Notes under the pieces: model-generated | Seen by the model: the letters and a program-made list of their open reading frames with translations, nothing else | Told to the model about the DNA's origin: nothing | Database searches by the model: none | Position numbers and translations under genes: made by a program | Source of the DNA: Desulfobacterales bacterium | GTDB lineage: Bacteria > Desulfobacterota > Desulfobacteria > Desulfobacterales > UBA2156 | NCBI GenBank assembly: GCA_011049715.1 | Contig: DRHF01000028.1 | Coordinates: 7,449-71,448 of the forward strand | Direction: 5' to 3' | DNA: 64,000 nt | Part shown: positions 49,250 through 57,742 of the stretch, in pieces | How positions within the stretch are numbered: position 1 is the stretch's first letter | Layout: every line of letters starts with the position of its first letter

Positions 49250-51318
49250 GTTTTCGCATGGCAATGGATATAGGAGGAACATTCACAGATTTAGCAGTTT
49301 TTGATGAAGAGACAAAAGATGTTGAGTCATTTAAATCTTTCAGTACAGCAAAGCTTGTTGACGGTGTGATCGAGTGTGCATGGGTAGCCGCCAGATTTTA
49401 CGGGATGGACCTTAAGGAGTTATTGACTCGTACGAATCGAATAATGCATGGTTCTACAATCGCCACTAATACTGTAATTCAGCGGAAGGGGGCTAACACA
49501 GGATTAATAACTACTATGGGGCATGGCAGTATTCTCTATCGGGGGGAGGCCATGAAGGAAGATGCTTTCAATCATAAGATCCTCTATCCCCGTCCTTTGA
49601 TTCCTCAATATTTATGCCAAGAAATAGAAGAAAGGATTAACAGCGAAGGTGAGGTAGAAGTGCCCTTGAGAGAAGATAGTGTTTTAGCTGCTGTTCACCA
49701 GTTCAAGAAATGGAAAATTGAAGCTATCGCGGTGTGTTTGCTGTGGTCAATTATCAACGATCAGCATGAACAACGTGTAAAGGAAATTATTAAAAAAGAA
49801 TGGTCTGAGATCTTCGTATCAATAAGTTCTGAAGTGCAACCTACGATTCGTGAATATCAAAGAACTTGTTGTGTAGTTTTAGATGCCATGTTAAAACCAG
49901 TTACAATGAGCTATATGAGAGAGTTTGACGAAACTCTCAGAGAGAATGGGTTTAAAGGAGAGTGGTTCTTTGTGACCTCGGCCGGCGGGGTAGTAGATCC
50001 TAGTGAACTGCAGTCCAGGCCCGTGAATGCACTTTATTCTGGGCCGTCTATGGGCCCATCAACTGGGCTTTTGTTTGCCGAGCAAGAGGGAGTTAAGAGT
50101 GTGATTACGGTAGACATGGGTGGCACTAGCTTTGATGTTAGTGCTATAGCGGATGGCGTGATCCCTGTGACCAAAAGTGCTAGGGTTGGGTCTTTTCCTA
50201 CTGGTATGACTTCGATTGAAGTTTTGACGTTGGGCGCAGGCGGAGGCAGTATTGCTCGCGTTGATACGGGAGGATTGCTCCATGTTGGCCCACAAAGTGC
50301 CGGAGCGCAGCCTGGCCCTGCTTGCTATGCCAAAGGTGGTGACATGCCTACAGTGACTGATGCTAATATAGTTTTAGGATATATCAATCCAGAGTACTAC
50401 CTCGGGGGCGAAGTGAAGATAAACGCAAAGTTATCATTGCAGGTCATCAAAGAAAAAATCGCTAAGCCCCTCGAATGCGCATCTGCTGAGGCAGCGGCTG
50501 GCATTCATCAGGTGGTTAATGAAAACATGATAGGCGGTATTTTGGAAATGACTGTAAGGAGAGGAATTGATCCGAGGGAATTTGTAATAGTTGTGGGGGG
50601 AGGGGCAGCATCGATTCACGCTGCAAGGATTGCTAAAGAATTGGGCGTTTTAAAGATCATCATCCCAAAAGCTGCGCCAGTTTTGTGTGCATTAGGTATG
50701 CTAAATTCTGATATCACATCAAGCTTTTCAATCAGCAAGTTTACTCAAAGTAATCGATTTGACTTTGAGGCTGTGAATGATTCGCTTGCCGAAATTGAAG
50801 AGAAAACAAAGAATTTCCTGGCTAAATCGAAAATATCTGCCAAAGACATGCGATTTAAATATTATGTAGCCGGAAGATACCCAAGGCAGGCTACTGAGCT
50901 TGAAGTGCCTTTGACAAAGAGTAGAGTCACGCCTGAAATGATTCCGCAGTTGAAAAAGAACTTTGACGCTATTTATGAGAGGAGATATGGAGTAGCTGAT
51001 CCAACATCCAGTATTGAATTCATAGACTGGAGGGCTGTAGGCATAGGATGTTTACCAGGATTGACATTCAAAAAACAACAAGCTTCTAAGGGTAAGGATC
51101 CTTCAAACGCATTTAAAGGCAGGCGCAGTGCTTACTTTATAGAGGAGAAAGGAGCGTTCATAGAAACGCCTGTGTACGATGGCAATAAACTTGCGTGCGG
51201 GATGGAAATTAAAGGACCTGCTATAGTGGAGGACACTCTTACCACAACATTAGTGATACCCGACTATAGACTTAAAATTAATGAATTTCACAGTTACGTT
51301 ATGGAACCGACTGCCTAA
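49246..51318 (+). CDS. hydantoinase A / oxoprolinase family protein (HyuA-like subunit)
   Basis: 690 aa. ASKHA-type N-terminus (MDIGGTFTDLAVFD) and a second phosphate motif (VDMGGTSFDVS). ATGA overlap with the B subunit gene. Confidence 0.85.
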   Translation: MSFRMAMDIGGTFTDLAVFDEETKDVESFKSFSTAKLVDGVIECAWVAARFYGMDLKELLTRTNRIMHGSTIATNTVIQRKGANTGLITTMGHGSILYRGEAMKEDAFNHKILYPRPLIPQYLCQEIEERINSEGEVEVPLREDSVLAAVHQFKKWKIEAIAVCLLWSIINDQHEQRVKEIIKKEWSEIFVSISSEVQPTIREYQRTCCVVLDAMLKPVTMSYMREFDETLRENGFKGEWFFVTSAGGVVDPSELQSRPVNALYSGPSMGPSTGLLFAEQEGVKSVITVDMGGTSFDVSAIADGVIPVTKSARVGSFPTGMTSIEVLTLGAGGGSIARVDTGGLLHVGPQSAGAQPGPACYAKGGDMPTVTDANIVLGYINPEYYLGGEVKINAKLSLQVIKEKIAKPLECASAEAAAGIHQVVNENMIGGILEMTVRRGIDPREFVIVVGGGAASIHAARIAKELGVLKIIIPKAAPVLCALGMLNSDITSSFSISKFTQSNRFDFEAVNDSLAEIEEKTKNFLAKSKISAKDMRFKYYVAGRYPRQATELEVPLTKSRVTPEMIPQLKKNFDAIYERRYGVADPTSSIEFIDWRAVGIGCLPGLTFKKQQASKGKDPSNAFKGRRSAYFIEEKGAFIETPVYDGNKLACGMEIKGPAIVEDTLTTTLVIPDYRLKINEFHSYVMEPTA

Positions 51319-51489
51319 ACTTATTGAAGAAAGATAACGAAAAAACTATAATCTCTGGGCAGAGGAGTAGACCGAAAGCTGCTCATAGCGAATATGATAA
51401 GTGCAGAGATCACTGACGTGGAGGTTTATTCAGAACTTAATACATTCAGATGAGTAAGGTTTCCTATATTATATGAAGGGAGGGGTGGA

Positions 51490-53319
51490 ATGAAAGGTTG
51501 GTGTGGAAAGCTGTTAAGGGTTAATTTGACGAAAGTAGCTACATCAGTTGAGGAAATTGATCAAAGAATGATGAGGGATTATTTAGGCGGCCGGGGGTTA
51601 GGAGCAAGATATTTATATAATGAGATTGACCCACAGATAGATCCCTTAAGCAAAGAAAACAAACTTATATTTGCTGCAGGGCCAGTTACGGGGACTACTG
51701 CTTTGGCTGCAAGTAGATACGAAGTTGTAACGAAGGCCCCGCTAACAGGGACAATTGGAGGTGCTAATTCAGCCGGATTTTGGGGTCCGGAACTCAAATT
51801 TGCAGGCTACGACATGATTATCTTTGAAGGAATTTCTGATGAGCCTGTGTATCTTTGGATAGATAACGAGAAAGCAGAAATCAGGTCTGCTATTCACCTC
51901 TGGGGAGAGGATACATTTACAACGCAGAAAAAGATTTGGGAGGAAACTAATAAAAAAGCCAGGGTTGCCTGTATTGGACCCGCAGGCGAGAAATTGGTGA
52001 AATTTGCTTGTATAATCAATGATAACGGTCGCGCGGCTGGTCGTGGGGGGGTTGGTGCTGTAATGGGGTCGAAAAAGTTAAAGGCAATAGCAGTACGAGG
52101 AACAAACAGGGTACCTGTGGCTGATAAAGATTACCTGAGTAATGTAGTCAAAAAGGCCTGGGCCGAGCTGCCAAAGCCGCAGAAGCTCACAGAGTATGGA
52201 ACGGCCTATGTGCTGGAGTTTGTTAACGCAATTGGCGCGTTGCCTACAAGGAATTGGCAGGCTGGAATATTCGAAGGTGCAGATAAGATTGGTGCCGAGG
52301 CTGTTAAGAGGATATTGCTTAAGAAAGCTGCATGTTGTTTTAGCTGTCCGATGGCTTGTGGGCGTGAGACAGAGGTTAACGAATCTGGGTTTGACGGTAA
52401 AGGGCCTGGAGCGGAATATGAAGGTCTGGCTTCTTTAGGATCTGCCTGTGGAATAGATAACTTAGCAGCTATAATGAAGGCTTATTATATTTGTAATGAA
52501 CTTGGCATGGATGTGATGAGTGCGGGCTATACAGTAGCCCTGGCTATGGAAATGGCTGAAAAAGGATATTTACCAGAAGAAGATGTCGGCCTGAAGCTAA
52601 ATTTTGGCAATGCCCCAGCTATGGTTGAGCTTGTTAGAAAAATGGGCAATCGGGAAGGCTTCGGGAATATTCTTGCAGAAGGGTCGTATATATTAGCTGA
52701 AAGATATGGCCACTTAGAATTATCGGTAACTGTGAAAAAACAAGAGCCTGCTGCATATGATCCTCGTGGTATGCAAGGTATTGGATTGGCTTATGCAACA
52801 TCAACCAGGGGAGCCTGCCATATGCGGAGCCAAATGGAGGATATAGATGGATTTGCCATGACGAACAACCCAGCCTTATTTGGACTACCTTTGGGGAGCC
52901 AGGATAGACTGGCTACTACAGGTAAAGCAGCCTACTTAATAGTAATGGAGAACGACAAAGCTGTTATTGATTCGATGGGTATCTGTGCTTTCATGTCTGC
53001 CTATAAAATGGGATTGGAATACGTTTTGACAGTTCTTGCAGCGGTCACTGGGGTCAGCTATGGGGTCTGTAATTATTTGAAGACAGGTGAAAGGATTTGG
53101 AATTTGGAGAGATTATTCAATTTAAAGGCAGGGTTTACAGCTAAGGATGACACATTACCAAAAAGGTTCCTTGAAGAACCATTGGCGGAGGGCCCTTCAA
53201 AGGGAAATGTCTGTAAGCTTGAAAAAATGAAGCAAGAATATTATCAGTTGAGGGGATGGGATGATCAAGGAGTACCCACTGAAAAGAAATTGAGAGAATT
53301 AGGGTTGATTAACTCGTGA
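51490..53319 (+). CDS. aor: aldehyde:ferredoxin oxidoreductase family (tungstopterin) enzyme
   Basis: 609 aa. AOR N-terminal domain (GKLLRVNLT...YLGGRGLGARYLY) and 4Fe-4S ligand region (CFSCPMACGRE...GICAF). Confidence 0.9.
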   Translation: MKGWCGKLLRVNLTKVATSVEEIDQRMMRDYLGGRGLGARYLYNEIDPQIDPLSKENKLIFAAGPVTGTTALAASRYEVVTKAPLTGTIGGANSAGFWGPELKFAGYDMIIFEGISDEPVYLWIDNEKAEIRSAIHLWGEDTFTTQKKIWEETNKKARVACIGPAGEKLVKFACIINDNGRAAGRGGVGAVMGSKKLKAIAVRGTNRVPVADKDYLSNVVKKAWAELPKPQKLTEYGTAYVLEFVNAIGALPTRNWQAGIFEGADKIGAEAVKRILLKKAACCFSCPMACGRETEVNESGFDGKGPGAEYEGLASLGSACGIDNLAAIMKAYYICNELGMDVMSAGYTVALAMEMAEKGYLPEEDVGLKLNFGNAPAMVELVRKMGNREGFGNILAEGSYILAERYGHLELSVTVKKQEPAAYDPRGMQGIGLAYATSTRGACHMRSQMEDIDGFAMTNNPALFGLPLGSQDRLATTGKAAYLIVMENDKAVIDSMGICAFMSAYKMGLEYVLTVLAAVTGVSYGVCNYLKTGERIWNLERLFNLKAGFTAKDDTLPKRFLEEPLAEGPSKGNVCKLEKMKQEYYQLRGWDDQGVPTEKKLRELGLINS

Positions 53320-53550
53320 AAAGTCGAAATACGCGGAGTCGGCGTTAATAATATGGAGACGGCTATTATAGATGACAAGTTGACAACAACAGTAATTAAT
53401 CCTGGCCGGAAAGGTAAAGTAAACAATTCCAAGAGCTATATCTTGGAGGATATCGGGAAGGCCTAAAATGCGGTGTAGCGCCCCCCTCCCCGCCCTTTGG
53501 GCGGTCACAGTCATGTGGCTTTGCCTAAAAAGTCTCAAAGGACGCAGAGT

Positions 53551-53799
53551 ATGATTGTGGAAATAAAAATATCTTTTCCCCTTCGTCAGTATATACCAAG
53601 TTCCGTCAGACGTTTGGAGGGGGGTAAATGGGATATACCTAAAGGGACAAAGGTGTTAAAAATGGTGGAAATGTTAGGCCTCACTGAAGAAAAGTCCAAG
53701 AGCCTTCTGCTTCTGGTCAATGGCCATCATGTTGACAGGGAGAGAGTTTTGGATGACGGTGATTGTCTGCATGTTTTCCCGTTAATAAGTGGGGGTTGA
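53551..53799 (+). CDS. MoaD/ThiS-family small beta-grasp protein
   Basis: 82 aa from the ATG at 53551, ending ...VFPLISGG with the C-terminal Gly-Gly of sulfur carriers. Lies adjacent to aor. Confidence 0.6.
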   Translation: MIVEIKISFPLRQYIPSSVRRLEGGKWDIPKGTKVLKMVEMLGLTEEKSKSLLLLVNGHHVDRERVLDDGDCLHVFPLISGG

Positions 53800-54127
53800 T
53801 TCATGACTGCAATATGTTGAGACTTTTTGAGTTTTTTTGTTTCAATCCAAGTTTGACAAGCCTACTGTTAAGTACTTGAAAAAGGGTACAAAAATAAGGA
53901 TGAGGTATTAATGAGCCAACGTGGAGCAAGTAAAACAATAAATTGCCTATGCATTTTCCCAGAAACGGTGATTAAAACGATACGTAATCTCCCATAAATA
54001 CGCTTGTAAATGCTTTTCTGAAACAACACATCGTGTTGTTTCTCAGATTACTGCCTTTGCATTAGAAATAACTTTATGAATCCAGGGCAATAATCTGCCT
54101 GTGGCTTTGGGATCTCTGAGAACAATG

Positions 54128-55673
54128 CTACCCCTATAACGTTCCTAAAAAAACTTGATATTCGCCTCATGATTTGCCATACTACGAAAAAACCCTTTAA
54201 CGTAGGAGGCAAGCCATGCTACCAGTTTTGCGAAGAGACGAATATCTTTACTCGGTTCCAAAGTTTGACCTTGGCGAAGGGGATATTAAAGGTTTCATGA
54301 ATGAACTCGTAGGGTTCCATGAGCAATTTTCCGATTGCTTTCACCGTAGCGAATCCAGAGAGCACTTTTTCAACTACATGGCTGGGCAATTCAGCGACCT
54401 GGAACGAAAATCCATCGAACCTATCGCCTTAGGAGTTAAAGATGGAAATGTAAGGGCATTACAGCGATTTGTAATAAGCGTTGCGTCATGGGATGATGAT
54501 AAAATCATTTTCAAATATCGTAGTCTAGTTAACGAGGACCTCGGAAGTCAAGATGGAGCTTTGATTTTTGATGAAAGTGGCTTTATCAAAAAGGGCCAGG
54601 ACTCAGTGGGGGTGGCTCGACAGTATTGTGGCACAGCCGGCAAGGTCGACAATTGCCAAGTGGGCGTATTTGCCGCCTATGTATCCGAGCATGGGTACGC
54701 GATGGTCGACAAACGCCTGTTCATTCCTGAGCAATGGTTTTCGGAAGAATACCATGAGCGTCGGCAAAAATGTAATATGCCCGAGGATTCTGTGTTTCAG
54801 ACAAAGCCGCAGTTGGCTGCTGAAATGCTAATGGATATCAATTCGGAAAACGTATTGCCTTTTTTAAGTATGTCCTTGCCGATTCAATATACGGTGTGAG
54901 CCCCGAATTCATTGGAGCGGTGGAAAACTTACCGGGCATAACCTACTTCGTATCGGTCCATAAAAAAACACTCTGTTAGCTTAAACGACCAATGACCATT
55001 AGCAAGCGGTATCGATGGGGAGGCAAGGAACGAACCAAAATCGTTTTGGCCGACACCGACAGCAAACCAGTATCGGTCTGTGAGCTGGCCAAAAACATCA
55101 ACGATTATTTCTGGTACCGTCGCCAGGTGTCAGAAGGTGCGAAAGGCCCCATTGTGTATGAGTTTACACGGCGTCGAGTCATCTTGTCTGCTTCGGGGTT
55201 ACCGGAAAAAACCGTATGGTTGCTCATTCGAGGCACCATCGGCGACGATCCCCAATACAGCTATTTCATCAGCAACGCTCAGAGAAGCACGCAACTAAAG
55301 ACCCTTATTTGGCTCAGCGGCTTGCGCTGGGCGATCGAACAGTGTTTCGAGGAAGCCAAAACCGAGTTGGGCATGGACCACTACGAAGTGCGCAAGTTTA
55401 TGGCCTGGTATCATCACATCCTCACGTGCATAATGGCACATTTCTTTCTCTGGCACCTAAAAATCAGGTTGGGGAAAAAAAGCACCATCTATTACGCTAT
55501 CGCAGCTTAGAGTTTTGCTCAAACTACTGTTGCCAATGAAAAAACACACCTTTGAAACATTGATTGAACAGGTTGTTTGGATTCAGAACCGAAACCATCG
55601 TGCCTATCTCTCGCATAGGCGAAGACGACTATTTAAATTTGTCAAAGAGCAATAAATAACGTTGTAGGGCTAC
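54128..55673 (+). mobile_element. IS701-family-like insertion sequence, decayed
   Basis: About 1.55 kb. Tentative imperfect terminal inverted repeats: CTACCCCTATAACGTT (54128-54143) and AACGTTGTAGGGCTAC (55658-55673), 13/16 complementary. CTA lies on both flanks. It contains a single disrupted DDE transposase reading frame. Confidence 0.65.
54216..55655 (+). pseudogene. IS701-like DDE transposase, disrupted by two homopolymer frameshifts and one in-frame stop
   Basis: The protein continues across frames at three lesions. At the T6 run (54860-54865) it reads ...ENVLPF / KYVLADSIYGVSPEF. An in-frame TAG lies at 54977-54979 (HKKTLC*LKRPMT). At the A7 run (55475-55481) it reads ...RLGKK / APSITLSQLRVLL...FVKEQ*. 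Confidence 0.75.
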
Positions 55674-55777
55674 AATATGAGAGATTTTTATGAAAATCCC
55701 GCTAGGGAAATCAGAATGACACATAAGCACTGTTGATGAAAGGGTGATAATAAATAGCATTAAAAAGGGATAGTAAT

Positions 55778-56185
55778 ATGACTGTTCAGAAAAAGAAACT
55801 CAGGGTATTGATAGGTAAGCTTGGTTTAGACGGACATGATCGGGGAGCGAAGATTATTGCGAGGGCCTTACGGGATGCCGGGATGGAAGTGATTTTTACA
55901 GGGCTAAGAAAAACTCCGCAAGATATTACGAGGATAGCTGTTGAAGAAGATGTGGATATCATTGGTATCAGCCTTCTTTCCAGTGCGCATGAGACATTAT
56001 TGCCTGAACTGTGCCGATTATTAAAGGAAAATGATGCAGGAGATATCTCGGTGGTAGCCGGCGGGATAATTCCCAAAGATGATATTCCGGTTTTGAAACA
56101 AGCAGGTGTTAAAGCAGTTTTTGGCCCTGGTGATACACTTATGAAAATCATTAGTTATATTGAGTCTATAGAAACAACTGAGTAG
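55778..56185 (+). CDS. B12-binding small subunit of an acyl-CoA mutase
   Basis: 135 aa with the DxHxxG cobalamin motif (LGLDGHDRGAKIIA) and a later GGIIP. Confidence 0.85.
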   Translation: MTVQKKKLRVLIGKLGLDGHDRGAKIIARALRDAGMEVIFTGLRKTPQDITRIAVEEDVDIIGISLLSSAHETLLPELCRLLKENDAGDISVVAGGIIPKDDIPVLKQAGVKAVFGPGDTLMKIISYIESIETTE

Positions 56186-56188
56186 GAA

Positions 56189-57190
56189 ATGCATTTAACA
56201 GAAAAAAATCAGAGAGATAGTTTTGTGCTTGAATTGGTGGACAAAATGTTGAAAGGCTCAGTAAGAGCGCTTGGCAAGCTCATTACATTAATCGAGGATG
56301 AGTGCCCCGGATCGTTAGAGGCATTAAAAAAGGTGTATTATCACACAAAGGATGCATATGTAGTTGGATTAACAGGGGCTCCCGGGACAGGAAAAAGCAC
56401 ACTTGTCGATCGGATGGCAGTAGAGATAAAAAGGCAGGGTTTCAAGGTGGGGATTATTGCAATTGATCCGTCAAGCCCGTTCACAGGTGGGGCCTTTCTT
56501 GGTGATAGAGTGCGTATGATGAGCAGCTCTAATGAGAATGATATTTACATACGAAGTATGGGCACTCGAGGAAGCTTGGGAGGTCTTTCAGAAGCAACGG
56601 CAAGTACAGTCAAAATATTGGATGCGTTTGGAAAAGATTTTGTTTTGATCGAAACGGCCGGCACAGGTCAGGCGGAAGTTGATGTGATTAAGGAAACGGA
56701 TACAACGGTTGTAGTATGCGTGCCAGGACTGGGTGATGAGATTCAGACAATGAAAGCAGGGGTGATGGAGATCGGAGACATATTTGTTGTGAACAAGGCT
56801 GATCTGCAAGACGCTGACAGGTTAGCTGGAGATATTGAAACGATGCTACACATGGCTTATGGATCTAAGGAATGGATTCCGCCAATCATAAAGACAATCG
56901 CCACCGAGGGCACGGGTGTTGTTACTCTTATTGAAGAAATACTTAATCATCGTGAATATTTGATCAAAAGTGGTTTGCTAAAGAGCAAGAGGATAAGAAG
57001 AATTAAGCAAGAAATTATGGAAATTGCAAAAAACAAGATTATTGACAAAATCAATAATTCAGCAAATGGAGCGAATCAAGTTTCCGATGAGTTATTAAAT
57101 GAAATCATGCTGCGAGAGAAGGATCCTTATACGGCTGCGGAGGAGATTATTGGTAACTTTACTGAAGTTTTTCAGAAGTCTCATTTATAA
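56189..57190 (+). CDS. meaB: methylmalonyl-CoA mutase-associated GTPase (MeaB/ArgK)
   Basis: 333 aa. P-loop GAPGTGKSTL, ETAGTGQAE and NKADL. Confidence 0.9.
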   Translation: MHLTEKNQRDSFVLELVDKMLKGSVRALGKLITLIEDECPGSLEALKKVYYHTKDAYVVGLTGAPGTGKSTLVDRMAVEIKRQGFKVGIIAIDPSSPFTGGAFLGDRVRMMSSSNENDIYIRSMGTRGSLGGLSEATASTVKILDAFGKDFVLIETAGTGQAEVDVIKETDTTVVVCVPGLGDEIQTMKAGVMEIGDIFVVNKADLQDADRLAGDIETMLHMAYGSKEWIPPIIKTIATEGTGVVTLIEEILNHREYLIKSGLLKSKRIRRIKQEIMEIAKNKIIDKINNSANGANQVSDELLNEIMLREKDPYTAAEEIIGNFTEVFQKSHL

Positions 57191-57221
57191 AAACTAAGTA
57201 AAAAACCGGAAAGGGAGGCAT

Positions 57222-57627
57222 ATGACAACCATGTCAGGAACAGTTGACCATATTGGGATGGCAGTCAAGGATATTGAAAAATCAATATCCTTTTTTAAGG
57301 AGGTTTTCGGAGCGGAATTGCTTCGTAAAAACGTTGTAGGAGAACAGAATTTAATATCCGGCGTGATTTCGCTGGGGAGCATAAATGTTGAGTTGATGCA
57401 ATCTACGAAAGATAATAGCGTTATAGACAAATTCATTAAAAAAAAGGGGGGAAGGAGTTCACCACATATCTATTCAGGCAGAAGACTTAGATCGATTTTT
57501 GGGAAAGTTGGATTCAAAGAACATCAAAATTTTGAATAAGCTTGCAAACAGTGACTATAAAATAGCATTTATTCATCCTGAGAGGGCATTTGGCGTGTTG
57601 ATAGAAGTTATTGAAAGATTAACGTAA
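57222..57627 (+). pseudogene. second methylmalonyl-CoA epimerase-like VOC gene, frameshifted in an A8G6 tract
   Basis: Frame A gives MTTMSGTVDHIGMAVKDIEKS...DKFIKKKG. After the run aaaaaaaagggggg (about 57441-57454) the family-typical continuation (EGVHHISIQAEDLDRFL...IAFIHPERAFGVLIEVIERLT*) is in the +1 frame and ends at 57627. Confidence 0.75.
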
Positions 57628-57742
57628 GTAATAAGAAGAGATGAAAAACCAAGATTTCTTTTAAGAATATTTTCCGGAAATAAATATGGGGGCAACACAG
57701 GGAAAGTTTTTTACGGAGGCTTTTATGGGAAAGGGCAATAAA

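Noticed and set aside
53490-53504. GC-rich hairpin CCGCCC-TTT-GGGCGG between aor and the MoaD-like gene, and a possible 37-codon ORF at 53354-53467.
   Set aside because: The hairpin lacks a following T-run. The small ORF has no convincing RBS or motif. I cannot tell either from chance.
54020-54042. Perfect 10-bp stem with a 3-nt loop (GAAACAACAC-ATC-GTGTTGTTTC), 85 nt left of the IS end.
   Set aside because: It has no U-tract on either strand and no adjacent gene end. It could be a relic of another element, but nothing else supports a call.
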